Source: Clostridia bacterium (GTDB lineage: Bacteria; Bacillota; Clostridia; RUG12999). From it: a DNA stretch of 63,657 nt. The stretch lies in the NCBI GenBank assembly GCA_045577655.1, contig JAZNIU010000003.1:1-63657 (forward strand), written 5' to 3'. A program made the position numbers and the translations under genes. The notes below the pieces were generated by a model, which had not been told where the DNA came from, did no database searches, and saw nothing but the letters and a program-made list of their open reading frames with translations. This document shows positions 24,330 through 34,865 of the stretch, piece after piece. Position 1 is the first letter of the stretch; each line of letters starts with the position of its first letter.

Positions 24330-25292
24330 ATGAAACTTATTAAACTTTCAACAATATCTCCATATTTTAATCTTGCTGCCGAGGAATATTTCCTCAAAAA
24401 AGACGAGGAGCCAAAACTTATTTTGTGGCAGAATGACAACACCATTGTCATCGGGAGAAATCAGAATACTTTTGCGGAAATAAATGTAAGCGAGGCGGAA
24501 GATTTAGGTGTAAACGTTGTCCGCAGAATGTCGGGCGGAGGCGCCGTGTATCACGACCTTGGAAACCTTAACTACACTTTTATCTCCCCATCGGACGGAA
24601 AGGATTTTCTGCAGTTCAAAAAATTCACTCAGCCGGTAATTGACCTTCTTTCCTCACTTGGCGTAACAGCTGAGCTTTCAGGACGAAATGATATTTTGAT
24701 TGACGGCAAAAAAATTTCGGGAAATGCACAGTATGTATGGAAAAATATGCTTCTCCACCACGGAACGCTGATGTTTTCCACAAGTGTGGATATTCTTTCA
24801 AAGGTGTTAAACCCAGACAAGCTTAAAATTCAGTCGAAAGGCATTGCTTCGGTTAAAAGCAGAGTTACAAATATCGGTGAATACACAGACGTTAAAATTC
24901 CTGAATTCTGCGACCTTTTATTTAGACGCACCGAGGGAGAAATCTATACTCTGACGGAAGAGGATATAAAAGAGATTACTCTTCTTCAAAAAGAAAAATA
25001 TGATACCTGGGAATGGAATTTCGGATATTCCCCAAAACACAGTTTTGAAAACAGCAAAAAACTCGGTTGCGGAATTGTTTCTGTTTCGGTAGAAGCCAAA
25101 GAAGGCAAAATCTGCAATATTGTTTTTTCAGGAGACTTTTTCGGCAGACGGGATGTTACCGAATTTGCAAAAGATCTTGTCGGCGTACGCCAGTCTTCAA
25201 AAGACCTTTTGGAAAAGCTAAACACAACTGATATATCAGAATATTTTGCAGGAGCTACTGCAGAAGAAATTACCGACCTGTTAATTCCATAA
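24330..25292 (+). CDS. lplA: lipoate--protein ligase
   Basis: NLAAEEYF....LWQN...VIGRNQN...RRMSGGGAVYHDLGNLN....KISGNAQ. Start is placed at MKLIKL (ATG 24330, RBS AGGTGA). The track ORF begins 17 codons earlier. Confidence 0.9.
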   Translation: MKLIKLSTISPYFNLAAEEYFLKKDEEPKLILWQNDNTIVIGRNQNTFAEINVSEAEDLGVNVVRRMSGGGAVYHDLGNLNYTFISPSDGKDFLQFKKFTQPVIDLLSSLGVTAELSGRNDILIDGKKISGNAQYVWKNMLLHHGTLMFSTSVDILSKVLNPDKLKIQSKGIASVKSRVTNIGEYTDVKIPEFCDLLFRRTEGEIYTLTEEDIKEITLLQKEKYDTWEWNFGYSPKHSFENSKKLGCGIVSVSVEAKEGKICNIVFSGDFFGRRDVTEFAKDLVGVRQSSKDLLEKLNTTDISEYFAGATAEEITDLLIP

Positions 25293-25331
25293 AAAATCCT
25301 CGACGGGAAGGTCAATGATTTTCATTTTTTA

Positions 25332-26531
25332 TTAACCAAAAATAATTTTCTGGGTGTCCATAGCTATCATAAGTTCTTCGTTTGTGGGGATTACTAAAAC
25401 TTTTACTTTGCCGCCCTCTGCTGTGATATCAGCTTCAACGCCGCGAACACTGTTCTTTTCATCGTCAATTTTAATTCCCATATATTCAAGACCTTTTACA
25501 GATTCACCACGGGTATATTTTGTGTTTTCACCAATACCTGCTGTAAATACAAGAGCGTCAATTCCGCCCATTGCAGCAGCGTAGGAAGCAATATAGCTCT
25601 TTACGTGGTAGTGGAACATATCAAGCGCAAGAGAAGCTCTCTTGTTGCCTTCAGATGCTGCACTTTCAAGGTCACGGAAGTCGCTGCTTACGCCTGAAAT
25701 ACCAAGCACACCGGATTTTTTGTTCATCACAGTGTTCATTTCTTCAGCAGAAATTCCTTCTTTTGCCATAATGAAATCTACGATAGCAGGGTCAATGTCT
25801 CCGCATCTTGTGCCCATAGGGAGACCTGCAAGAGGAGTAAATCCCATAGATGTGTCAACAGATTTTCCGCCATCCACAGCTGTGATTGAAGAACCATTTC
25901 CAAGATGAGCAGTAACAATTTTAAGGTCTTTTAAGTCTTTGCCGAGCATTTCAGCTGCTCTTCCCGCAACATATTTGTGAGATGTTCCATGGAAACCGTA
26001 ACGTCTTACTTTATATTTTTCATAGTATTCGTAAGGAAGTGCATACATATATGCATAATCAGGCATTGTCTGATGGAACGCTGTGTCGAAAACTGCTACC
26101 ATAGGAACATCTTTTCCCATAGCACTTTCACAAGCTTCAATACCTATGAGGTTTGCAGGGTTGTGTAAAGGTGCCAGGTCAAAACACTGTCTGATAGCAT
26201 CTTTAACACCGTCATCAATTTTAACAGATCCTTTGAAAAATTCGCCGCCGTGAACAACACGGTGACCCACTGCAGAAATTTCATCAAGAGATTTGATAAC
26301 ACCATATTCTGCATTTAAAAGAGCGTCCAAAACCATTTTGATGGCTTCTTTATGAGATGGCATTGCAGCGGAAAGTTCAACTGCATCTTTGCCTGTGGGT
26401 TTGTGTTTAAGTACAGAACCTTCAATACCGATTCTTTCACAGTTACCTTTTGCAATTACCTCTTTTGTTGTCATATCAATGAGCTGATATTTCAAAGAGG
26501 AGCTGCCTGCATTTATTACTAAAATTTTCAT
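25332..26531 (-). CDS. ackA: acetate kinase
   Basis: 399 aa with [24 protein letters not shown] and FHGTSH. Confidence 0.95.
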   Translation of the reverse strand: MKILVINAGSSSLKYQLIDMTTKEVIAKGNCERIGIEGSVLKHKPTGKDAVELSAAMPSHKEAIKMVLDALLNAEYGVIKSLDEISAVGHRVVHGGEFFKGSVKIDDGVKDAIRQCFDLAPLHNPANLIGIEACESAMGKDVPMVAVFDTAFHQTMPDYAYMYALPYEYYEKYKVRRYGFHGTSHKYVAGRAAEMLGKDLKDLKIVTAHLGNGSSITAVDGGKSVDTSMGFTPLAGLPMGTRCGDIDPAIVDFIMAKEGISAEEMNTVMNKKSGVLGISGVSSDFRDLESAASEGNKRASLALDMFHYHVKSYIASYAAAMGGIDALVFTAGIGENTKYTRGESVKGLEYMGIKIDDEKNSVRGVEADITAEGGKVKVLVIPTNEELMIAMDTQKIIFG

Positions 26532-26551
26532 CTGTCTATTCCTTCTTTCTA

Positions 26552-27550
26552 TTATTTTCCCTGTGCCTGAACAGCAGTAATTGCAACAACGCCAACAATG
26601 TCAAGTGCGCTGCAACCTCTTGAAAGGTCGTTGATAGGCATTGCAATACCCTGTGTTATAGGACCGTAAGCTTCTGCTTTTGCAAGTCTCTGAACAAGTT
26701 TGTAACCAATGTTTCCTGCATCAAGGTCAGGGAAAACTAAAACGTTTGCTTTTCCTGCAACCGGTGAGTCGGGAGCTTTGGAAGAACCAACGGAAGGAAC
26801 AATTGCCGCATCAAGCTGAAGTTCACCGTCAACTTTGATGTTGGGGTTTAATTCTTTACAAATTCTTGTTGCTTCTACAACCTTGTCAACATCGGCATGT
26901 TTTGCACTGCCTTTTGTTGAGTGAGAAAGCATTGCAACGATTGCTTCTTCTTCTGCAAGAAGTTCAAAAGATTCTGCAGAACATGCTGCGATTGCTGCAA
27001 GTTTTTCCGGGTCCGGATTTTGCTCTAAACCGCTGTCTGCAAAAATGAATGTTCCGTTTGCACCATATTCGCAGTTTGGAACAACCATAACGAAGAATGC
27101 AGAAACAAGTTTAATTCCCGGTTTTGTTTTAATAATCTGAAGGCTGGGACGGAGAGTGTTTGCTGTTGAATGGCAAGCGCCTGAAACAACACCGTCGGCA
27201 TCCCCTGCTTTAACCATAAGACAAGCATAGTACATATAATCGCCGAGAGCTGTCTTTTTAGCTTCTTCGTATGTAAGCCCTTTAGACTTTCTGAGTTCAA
27301 CAAACAGATTTAAATATTCTTCTGTTTTTTCATAAGTATAGGGGTTGATGATTGTAGCCTTTGAAATATCAAGACCCTTGCTGTTTGCTTCAACCTCTTC
27401 GGGTGTTCCGATGATGATGAGGTCTGCAATATCTTCCTTTAAAACAATTTCAGCTGCTTCAAAGGTTCTTCTGTCCATAGATTCAGGCAATACAATTGTT
27501 TTTTTGTCTGCCTTTGCGCGTTCCTTTATTCTTGTAAGAAAATCGCTCAT
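26552..27550 (-). CDS. pta: phosphate acetyltransferase
   Basis: 332 aa short-form Pta (...[17 protein letters not shown]...), forming the pta-ackA operon. Confidence 0.93.
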   Translation of the reverse strand: MSDFLTRIKERAKADKKTIVLPESMDRRTFEAAEIVLKEDIADLIIIGTPEEVEANSKGLDISKATIINPYTYEKTEEYLNLFVELRKSKGLTYEEAKKTALGDYMYYACLMVKAGDADGVVSGACHSTANTLRPSLQIIKTKPGIKLVSAFFVMVVPNCEYGANGTFIFADSGLEQNPDPEKLAAIAACSAESFELLAEEEAIVAMLSHSTKGSAKHADVDKVVEATRICKELNPNIKVDGELQLDAAIVPSVGSSKAPDSPVAGKANVLVFPDLDAGNIGYKLVQRLAKAEAYGPITQGIAMPINDLSRGCSALDIVGVVAITAVQAQGK

Positions 27551-27584
27551 TTTATATACACTCCTTAAATAATAATTTTCTAAA

Positions 27585-28070
27585 TCATATTTTGCGGCTT
27601 CTTATGTTTCTCACAATGAGAAAAACAACCAGCGATACGACCGTCTGGGTTATGTTGCCCGGTACCGAAAGCATGGGCAAGGCCTCACTTCCGTAGATAA
27701 TCATTTCAGCAAGATAATAGCCGACAACATTTATTACAAGCGCACAAACAATCGAAATTAAATTACGCCAGCAAAAGGGTTTGTCCTTTTTCCACACAAA
27801 ACACAAAACTGTTAAGCATTTTATCAGAATTGTTGCAGGCGCGTAAAACAAAAAACCCGACAAAACATCCGAAAGACCTGCTCCAATCGCCGCCGCACAG
27901 CAAGCATAGCCTGCAGGCATAAGTGTTGTGGCAATAAAAATAAGAGCATCGCCTATATGAACATATCCGCCCGTAAGTGTAGGCATGGGGATATGGATAT
28001 ATGTTGCAATGAATATAAGTGCAGCCATAAGTGCACTTTTTGTAATGTTATTAACTTTTACCTTTTTCAT
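27585..28070 (-). CDS. ECF transporter S component (substrate unknown)
   Basis: 161 aa with 5-6 TM segments. The N-terminal pattern ALMAALIFIATYIHIPMPTLTGGYVHIGDALIF is typical of FolT/PanT-like S components. There is no adjacent EcfA/T. Confidence 0.6.
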   Translation of the reverse strand: MKKVKVNNITKSALMAALIFIATYIHIPMPTLTGGYVHIGDALIFIATTLMPAGYACCAAAIGAGLSDVLSGFLFYAPATILIKCLTVLCFVWKKDKPFCWRNLISIVCALVINVVGYYLAEMIIYGSEALPMLSVPGNITQTVVSLVVFLIVRNIRSRKI

Positions 28071-28147
28071 AATTCCCTCCAGTTAAATACACAACTAAAT
28101 ATTATATCATATTTTTTTATATATTCAATAGCTTTTTAACAAATTTA

Positions 28148-29056
28148 CTAAAAAACGGATAAATATCTTTCTCCCGAATCGGGCAGGAGAACAACAATAA
28201 GTTTTCCTTCGTTTTCTTTTCTTTTCGCAAGGTCAAGCGCCGCGCACACCGCCGCACCCGACGATATGCCCACAAGAAGTCCTTCTTTTTCTGCCAATGT
28301 CTTTGCTGCAGCAAGGGCATCTTCCGTTTTTACCGGCACAATTTCGTCACACAAATCTCTTTGGAAATTTTCCGGAACAAAATTTGCTCCTATCCCCTGT
28401 ATCCCGTGTGGTCCTGCGTCTTTGCCCGCAATCACCTGAGATTCAAAAGGTTCAACGCCAACAACTTTAACATTGGGATTTTTCTTTTTAAGAAAACTTG
28501 CTGTGCCCGAAAGAGTTCCTCCCGTTCCCACACCGGCAACAAAGATGTCCACTTTGCCGTCGGTGTCCTCCCATATTTCAGGACCGGTAGTGGTTTCATG
28601 TGCTTTGGGGTTTGCGGCATTTTCAAACTGTCCCGCTATAAAGCTGCCGGGAATACTTTTTGCAATTTCATTGGCTTTTTCTATGGCACCGCTCATACCT
28701 TTTGCGCCATCTGTCAGTATAATTTCCGCCCCGTAAATAGAAAGCAGTTTCCTTCTTTCTTCACTCATAGTTTCAGGCATTGTAAGTATCACTTTATATC
28801 CTCTTACAGCTGCAATGACAGCAAGACCTATCCCTGTGTTACCGCTGGTAGGTTCTATTATAGTACCACCCTTTTTCAGAAGACCTCTTTTTTCAGCGTC
28901 TTCTATCATAGAAAGAGCCGCTCTGTCCTTAACACTGCCGGCAGGGTTAAAGCGTTCTGCTTTAACAACAACATCTGCTTTCAGTCCGCCTGCCATATTA
29001 AGTTTTAAAAGAGGTGTTTTCCCGATAAGCTCTGTTATGTTATTAAATATTTTCAT
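28148..29056 (-). CDS. cysK: cysteine synthase A (O-acetylserine sulfhydrylase)
   Basis: 302 aa with NPAGSVKDR (PLP lysine) and [10 protein letters not shown] motifs. Confidence 0.93.
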   Translation of the reverse strand: MKIFNNITELIGKTPLLKLNMAGGLKADVVVKAERFNPAGSVKDRAALSMIEDAEKRGLLKKGGTIIEPTSGNTGIGLAVIAAVRGYKVILTMPETMSEERRKLLSIYGAEIILTDGAKGMSGAIEKANEIAKSIPGSFIAGQFENAANPKAHETTTGPEIWEDTDGKVDIFVAGVGTGGTLSGTASFLKKKNPNVKVVGVEPFESQVIAGKDAGPHGIQGIGANFVPENFQRDLCDEIVPVKTEDALAAAKTLAEKEGLLVGISSGAAVCAALDLAKRKENEGKLIVVLLPDSGERYLSVF

Positions 29057-29065
29057 ATCTTTCTC

Positions 29066-29863
29066 CTAATATTTCACAAATTTGGGTTTTCTGTCTTCAA
29101 AACAGGTAATATATGAAAATCCGCATTCTCTTATAAGTCTGTACCCTTTACGCAGGTTCAGTCCCACAAGATACTCGTTATGAGCATCTGAGCCCACTGT
29201 TATAATTTCTCCGCCAAGGTTTTTATACATTCTCAAAATTCTGATGCCTGGCAGAGTTGCCCCCACTGTGCTCCTAAGACCTGAACAGTTGACTTCTATT
29301 CCTTTACCGTATGAGATAACAGTTTTAAGTATTTCTTCTATTATTTCGGCATATCGGCTAAATTCCATCCCAATGCCTTTCATAGCAGCATATTTCTTGG
29401 GATAGTCAAGGTGAGAAAGACAGTCATAATAACCAAGGCGTGCCGTTTCAAGCAAAGCCTCAAAATAAGCATCAAAATAATCTCTGGCATTTTCTCTGGT
29501 ATATTTAACTGCTGCAAGGTCCTCATCTGCACCTATATTGTGTACCGAACCCAAAACAAAATCATATCTGCCTTCGAGCACCTTTTTTGCCGAATCAGGA
29601 TAAAGATGAGCTTGTCCCACTTCTATTCCCATACGGATTTTAAGACGGGTGCCAAACCGTCTTCTGGCTTCTGCAATTTCTTTTTCAATTTTTCGTCTTG
29701 AATATGTTTTTTCACACATTCTGTCTCCTGCCCAGGGGTCAAAATGGTCGGTTATGGCAATTTCCGAAATTTTTTCTCTTACTGCTCTTCTGCAAATTGC
29801 ATCAACCGTTCCGGATGAATCCCCCGAGTTTGTGGAGTGTATATGATAATCTGCAATATACAT
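29066..29863 (-). CDS. PHP-domain histidinol-phosphatase (HisJ family)
   Basis: 265 aa beginning DYHIHS..S.D and containing ITDH, GSVH and GSDAH metal-binding motifs. Confidence 0.8.
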   Translation of the reverse strand: MYIADYHIHSTNSGDSSGTVDAICRRAVREKISEIAITDHFDPWAGDRMCEKTYSRRKIEKEIAEARRRFGTRLKIRMGIEVGQAHLYPDSAKKVLEGRYDFVLGSVHNIGADEDLAAVKYTRENARDYFDAYFEALLETARLGYYDCLSHLDYPKKYAAMKGIGMEFSRYAEIIEEILKTVISYGKGIEVNCSGLRSTVGATLPGIRILRMYKNLGGEIITVGSDAHNEYLVGLNLRKGYRLIRECGFSYITCFEDRKPKFVKY

Positions 29864-30657
29864 TACGGAACTATCCTTTCAAACCTGTATCCCTGCCCTA
29901 TAAGATACTCTATAATCTCCGGCATCATTTCGGCAGTCATTGTTTTCTTTTTACTGTCATGCATAAGGATAATAACATTTCCTTTGTCTGTGCAATATTT
30001 CTTTATTTCTTCCATGCCTCTTTCTTTCGAAAAAGGTTTACCATCTGCATCACCGCTAAGGGCATTCCAGTCAACAAATTTATAACCCATTTCTGCTGCG
30101 ATGTTGCGGTAAATATATTTATAGTCGTCCATAGACCCGCCCGGAAATCTTAAAAGCTTTAAAATTTTATCTTCACCGAGAATTCCGCCTACTGCTTTTT
30201 CCCACTGAAAAATTTCACTTTCAAACTCTTCTCGCGTCCCATAAACTCTGTTATAATCATGGCTGTAGGTGTGGTTTGCAATCGTATGACCCTCGTTATA
30301 AATACGTCTTAAAATATCGGGGTTTTTCTCTGCTGTTTCGCCCAACACAAAAAAGGTGGCTTTTATACCATATCTCCCCAGAACATCAAGTATTATTTCA
30401 GTGTTTACCGATGGTCCGTCGTCAAACGTGAGATACGCAGTTTTACCCTCTTTCTCGTTAGTTTCCAGCAGCTGCCGGGTTATATTGTTTTTCGACCTTG
30501 AAGCCGCATTGTCTGCAAAGACCGAAATCACGGGAGTCTCCTCAAAAATTTCCTGTTCTTTATATTTATTTTTTACGCTCACTGTTGCTATAACTGCTGT
30601 CACAAAAAAGGCCGCAACAGTAAGCCACAATACTATTTTAAATTCTTTACCGTTCAC
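29863..30657 (-). CDS. polysaccharide deacetylase family protein (membrane-anchored)
   Basis: 264 aa. An N-terminal TM anchor is followed by NodB motifs: TFDDGP, HTIANHTYSH and LLRFPGG. Confidence 0.85.
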   Translation of the reverse strand: MNGKEFKIVLWLTVAAFFVTAVIATVSVKNKYKEQEIFEETPVISVFADNAASRSKNNITRQLLETNEKEGKTAYLTFDDGPSVNTEIILDVLGRYGIKATFFVLGETAEKNPDILRRIYNEGHTIANHTYSHDYNRVYGTREEFESEIFQWEKAVGGILGEDKILKLLRFPGGSMDDYKYIYRNIAAEMGYKFVDWNALSGDADGKPFSKERGMEEIKKYCTDKGNVIILMHDSKKKTMTAEMMPEIIEYLIGQGYRFERIVP

Positions 30658-30761
30658 TTTAAATTACCTCTCCTAAACACCATTTAGTATACCATAAAAC
30701 CCACAACAATTCAACATCTTTTTTCATTTTGCGCATAAAATTATCTTGGGAGGTAGGAATT

Positions 30762-31541
30762 GTGAAAAAAATTATAATTTTTATTTTGATTTTAACTTTT
30801 ATTTTTGGATTAGCCGGATGCTCTTTCCGTGAAACATCAAGCGGGTTTGACTCTGTCAGCAACGCCAAGCTTTGCTGGGGTCTTAAACGCAATCCCCATG
30901 CCACACCGAATATCAATCCGGGCGAAGATGCCGTGCTAAAAAAATATGACGGCATATATCTTGGCGATACTTCATCAAAAACAGTTTATCTTACTTTTGA
31001 TGAGGGATATGAAAACGGATATACCGGAAAAATACTTGACATTTTAAAAAAGCATAAGGTGCCTGCCTGTTTTTTTGTAACAGGGCCATATCTTGAAAAA
31101 GAGACCGAACTTATAAACCGAATGGTAAAGGAAGGCCACCTGGTTGGTAACCATACGGTAAATCACCCCAGCATGCCGTCACTTTCGGACAGTGAGGTGG
31201 AAGAGGAACTAATTTCTCTCGACAGAATATTCTATGAAACCACCGGCAAAAGTATGAAATTTTTGCGCCCGCCAATGGGAGAACACAGTGAACGGACCAT
31301 GGCAATTTCCAAATCGCTCGGATATAAAACAGTTTTCTGGAGCATCGCCTATGAGGACTGGAATGTCAAAGCTCAACCGTCGGGTGATTTTGTGTTTAAT
31401 TCGGTTATGGATAATCTTCATAACGGCGCAATAATACTCATGCACGCCGTTTCCTCTGCAAACGCAGAAACTCTGGAAAGAATCATACTTGAAGCCAAAT
31501 CCAGAGGCTACACTTTTAAGCCGCTTTCCTCCATTAACTAA
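30762..31541 (+). CDS. polysaccharide deacetylase family lipoprotein (PdaA-like)
   Basis: GTG start at 30762 with GGGAGG 8 nt upstream. It has the lipobox FGLAGC and the NodB motifs TFDEGYENGYT, GNHTVNHPS and FLRPPMG. The track ORF starts at 30729. Confidence 0.85.
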   Translation: MKKIIIFILILTFIFGLAGCSFRETSSGFDSVSNAKLCWGLKRNPHATPNINPGEDAVLKKYDGIYLGDTSSKTVYLTFDEGYENGYTGKILDILKKHKVPACFFVTGPYLEKETELINRMVKEGHLVGNHTVNHPSMPSLSDSEVEEELISLDRIFYETTGKSMKFLRPPMGEHSERTMAISKSLGYKTVFWSIAYEDWNVKAQPSGDFVFNSVMDNLHNGAIILMHAVSSANAETLERIILEAKSRGYTFKPLSSIN

Positions 31542-31561
31542 AACGTTTTAGTAAATTTATC

Positions 31562-31590
31562 TTGTATTTATTTGTATTTTATGTTATATT
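31562..31590 (+). promoter_or_regulatory. sigma-A-type promoter upstream of glmM-glmS
   Basis: TTGTAT, a 17-nt spacer, then TATATT, about 35 nt upstream of the glmM ATG. Confidence 0.4.
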
Positions 31591-31625
31591 TTCTTTGAAA
31601 ATATATTTTTTTAAGGAGAAAAAAT

Positions 31626-32984
31626 ATGGGAAAATATTTTGGAACAGATGGTGTGCGCGGCGTAGCGGGCAGTTCTCTTGATATTACCCTCGCCAGCAAT
31701 CTCGGGCGATATGTTACATATTTGATGTCCGAAAGACTTGGCCAGAAAATACGTATCGTAATCGGTAAAGACACTCGTATTTCAGGCGATATGCTGGAAT
31801 CTGCTTTTATCGGCGGTGCGCTTTCCGAAGGTGCCGAGGTTATTCCTCTGGGCATCATCCCCACTCCTGCGGTTGCTTTCCACACAAGAAAGCACAATGC
31901 ACATCTCGGAGTTGTTATTTCTGCTTCTCACAACCCTATGGAGTATAACGGCATAAAATTCTTCAATTCCAAAGGCGAGAAGTTAAGCGACGAGCTGGAA
32001 GCGGAAACAGAAGAATATCTGCTTGGCAACAAAACCATTGAACATAAACTTACCGGTGCAGACATCGGCAAAATTACATATACCGAAAATGCAGGGCTTG
32101 ACTATCTTGAATTTGCGCTTTCGGAAATTGACGCTTCTTTTGATGGTATGAAAATTGCGGTTGACTGTTCAAACGGCGCAAACTACAAAATTGCCCCCGA
32201 AGCTTTCCGCCGTCTTGGTGCAGAGGTTTTTGTTAAATCTGCGCAGCCTGACGGAACAAACATCAACAAAGATTGCGGTTCTGTTAACATAAAAAGCCTG
32301 TCAGATTTTACGGTAAGCTGTGGCGCAGACATAGGAATTGCTTTTGACGGCGATGCCGACCGCGTTCTCGCAGTGGATGAAAAAGGAAACATAATTGACG
32401 GGGATGTTATAATTGGCATACTCGCAATTGACCTTAAAAAGAAAGGCCTGCTTAAAAACAACATTGTTGTTGGTACTGTAATGAGCAACATTGGTCTTGA
32501 GATTTCACTCAAAAAGCACGGTATTGATTTTATTGCTGCAAACGTCGGCGACAGATTTGTATATGAGAAAATGATGCAGCTCGGAGGTTGTATCGGTGGT
32601 GAACAATCGGGGCATATAATACTCACCTCCCGCAACTCAACAGGCGACGGACTTGTATGTGCACTTGAATTTTTAAGTCTGTTTAAAAGGTCGGGCGTTG
32701 CGGCATCAGAGCTTACAAAGGAAATAAAAATTTTCCCTCAGGTGCTTGTGAATGCAAGGATTGAGAATGAATTTAAAGCTTCTGTTCTTTCAAGTCCCGC
32801 TGTTTTGGAGCTTATATCTGCTACCGAACAAAAATATGCTTCCTGCGGCAGAATACTTGTTCGTCCATCAGGCACAGAGCCTCTTGTCAGAATAATGATA
32901 GAAGGCGAAAACCTTGATGAAATGGAAAAAGATGCTATTGCAATAAAAAATCTTATGTTGTCAGTTGTTACTGAGAAAGGATAA
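31626..32984 (+). CDS. glmM: phosphoglucosamine mutase
   Basis: 452 aa with MGKYFGTDGVRG and the active-site SASHNP. Confidence 0.95.
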   Translation: MGKYFGTDGVRGVAGSSLDITLASNLGRYVTYLMSERLGQKIRIVIGKDTRISGDMLESAFIGGALSEGAEVIPLGIIPTPAVAFHTRKHNAHLGVVISASHNPMEYNGIKFFNSKGEKLSDELEAETEEYLLGNKTIEHKLTGADIGKITYTENAGLDYLEFALSEIDASFDGMKIAVDCSNGANYKIAPEAFRRLGAEVFVKSAQPDGTNINKDCGSVNIKSLSDFTVSCGADIGIAFDGDADRVLAVDEKGNIIDGDVIIGILAIDLKKKGLLKNNIVVGTVMSNIGLEISLKKHGIDFIAANVGDRFVYEKMMQLGGCIGGEQSGHIILTSRNSTGDGLVCALEFLSLFKRSGVAASELTKEIKIFPQVLVNARIENEFKASVLSSPAVLELISATEQKYASCGRILVRPSGTEPLVRIMIEGENLDEMEKDAIAIKNLMLSVVTEKG

Positions 32985-32990
32985 AAAATT

Positions 32991-34811
32991 ATGTGTGGAA
33001 TAGTAGGTTACATTGGAAAAAAACAGGCTGCAGAATTTCTTTTAAACGGACTTTCAAAACTTGAATACCGCGGATATGACTCTGCAGGTATTGCCGTTTT
33101 GTCAGACGGTGTTTTGTCTTCGGTAAAAACAAAAGGACGTCTTGCAGACCTTAGAGAAAAGCTTTCCGGAAACCCGCTTGATGGGTCTTTAGGTATCGGT
33201 CATACACGTTGGGCAACACACGGTGCTCCTCTTGACAAAAACTCTCACCCCCATCTGTCAATGGACGGAAAAATTGCTCTGGTGCATAACGGCATTATAG
33301 AAAACTATATGGAACTTAAAAGCTTCTTAATCGAAAAGGGATTTAAATTTGCGTCCGATACCGACACAGAAGTTGTTGTTCATCTTCTTGACTATTTCTA
33401 TGAGGGCGATATGCTTGCGGCTATCCGCAAAACTGTTGAAAAGCTGAGCGGTTCTTTTGCACTTGCAATTGCTTCTGTTAACCACCCGGACAAAATTTAT
33501 GCTATAAAAAAAGACAGTCCGCTTATCGTAGGTAAAGGCGAAAATGAAAATTATATCGCGTCTGACATTCCGGCAATACTTGATAAAACCCGCGATGTTT
33601 ACCTTATGAACGACGGCGAGATTGCTGTTTTAACTGAAACCGACCTTTCCTTCTCCACTTTAACCGGAGAGGAAATTAAAAAAGAAATTTTCCACGTTAA
33701 CTGGGACGTTAGCGCTGCAGAAAAAGGCGGTTACGACCATTTTATGCTCAAGGAAATCCACGAACAGCCGAAGGTTGCTGCTGATACTTTAAATCCGCAT
33801 ATCAAAAACGGCAAGGTTGTTTTTGACGAATTTGAAATTACTCCCGAGCAGATAAATGACCTTCAGAAAATACATATCGTAGGTTGCGGAAGTGCTTACC
33901 ACGTTGGACTTGCGGGAAAATATGTTATAGAAAAACTTTCACGTATCCCTGTTGATGTTCAGCTCGCTTCCGAATTCAGATATTCCGACCCGATAGTTTC
34001 CGAAAAAGACCTGGTTGTTTTAATCAGTCAGTCTGGCGAAACAGCCGACACACTTGCCGCTCTTCGTGAAGCAAAAAAACTCGGTGCAAAAACTCTTTCC
34101 ATCGTTAACGTTGTAGGCAGCTCCATCGCCAGAGAATCTGACCTTGTAACATACACACTTGCAGGTCCGGAAATTGCCGTTGCAACAACCAAAGCATACA
34201 GCACACAGCTTTTGATGGTATATCTTCTTGCTATATATTTCGGAGCAAAAAAAGGCACACTTTCCGCCGCAGATGAAGCAGCGCTTTTGGGTGAGCTTTC
34301 TCTTCTCCCCGACAAGATAAAAACTGTTGTTGACAACAAACACATTCTTGCTGAATGTGCAAAAAAACACAGAGAAGTTAAAGATGCTTTTTATATAGGC
34401 AGAGGTCCTGACTACTGCGCAGCAATGGAAGGTTCTCTTAAGCTTAAAGAAATTTCCTATGTTCTTTCGGAAGCATACGCTGCCGGCGAACTTAAACACG
34501 GAACAATTTCTCTTATAGAAGAAGGCACTCTTGTTGTTGCCATCGCAACACAAAGCGCTCTCTTCGAAAAAACAATGAGCAACATCAAAGAGGTTAAAGC
34601 AAGAGGCGCTTACGTTATGTCTCTTATCTGCGAAGGAAACCACGTTGGCGAAGAAACCGACTATGCAATTGTTCTTCCCAAAACCAACGACCTCTTCACT
34701 CCGTCGCTGTCAGTAGTTGCAATGCAGATTTTCGGCTACTACATGTCAGTTGAAAAAGGTTGTGACGTTGACAAACCGAGAAACCTTGCAAAATCGGTTA
34801 CAGTTGAATAA
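32991..34811 (+). CDS. glmS: glutamine--fructose-6-phosphate aminotransferase
   Basis: 606 aa with the MCGIVGY N-terminal nucleophile, two SIS domains and the C-terminal ...KPRNLAKSVTVE. Confidence 0.96.
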   Translation: MCGIVGYIGKKQAAEFLLNGLSKLEYRGYDSAGIAVLSDGVLSSVKTKGRLADLREKLSGNPLDGSLGIGHTRWATHGAPLDKNSHPHLSMDGKIALVHNGIIENYMELKSFLIEKGFKFASDTDTEVVVHLLDYFYEGDMLAAIRKTVEKLSGSFALAIASVNHPDKIYAIKKDSPLIVGKGENENYIASDIPAILDKTRDVYLMNDGEIAVLTETDLSFSTLTGEEIKKEIFHVNWDVSAAEKGGYDHFMLKEIHEQPKVAADTLNPHIKNGKVVFDEFEITPEQINDLQKIHIVGCGSAYHVGLAGKYVIEKLSRIPVDVQLASEFRYSDPIVSEKDLVVLISQSGETADTLAALREAKKLGAKTLSIVNVVGSSIARESDLVTYTLAGPEIAVATTKAYSTQLLMVYLLAIYFGAKKGTLSAADEAALLGELSLLPDKIKTVVDNKHILAECAKKHREVKDAFYIGRGPDYCAAMEGSLKLKEISYVLSEAYAAGELKHGTISLIEEGTLVVAIATQSALFEKTMSNIKEVKARGAYVMSLICEGNHVGEETDYAIVLPKTNDLFTPSLSVVAMQIFGYYMSVEKGCDVDKPRNLAKSVTVE

Positions 34812-34828
34812 ACCATATTTACAAAAAT

Positions 34829-34860
34829 AAAAGTCAGACAATTTTCATTGTCTGACTTTT
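34829..34860. terminator. bidirectional intrinsic terminator between convergent glmS and the vanW-like gene
   Basis: AAAAGTCAGACA / ATTTTCAT / TGTCTGACTTTT, a perfect 12-bp stem. Confidence 0.8.
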
Positions 34861-34865
34861 TTCTT

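Noticed and set aside
28361-29008. Long antisense ORFs opposite real genes: this 215-aa one opposite cysK, plus 34020-34643 opposite glmS, 62501-63022 opposite ftsX, 56485-57042 opposite argH, 59246-59743 opposite pncB and 657-1010 opposite the ADH.
   Set aside because: They are shadow ORFs of strongly supported genes. Their sequences are low-complexity, Cys/Phe-rich and unprotein-like, and they lack RBSs.
31542-31625. I looked for a glmS ribozyme upstream of glmM-glmS.
   Set aside because: The intergenic region is only 84 bp, extremely AT-rich, and best explained by a promoter plus RBS. The glmM-glmS gap is 6 bp. There is no room or sequence for the roughly 170-nt ribozyme core.
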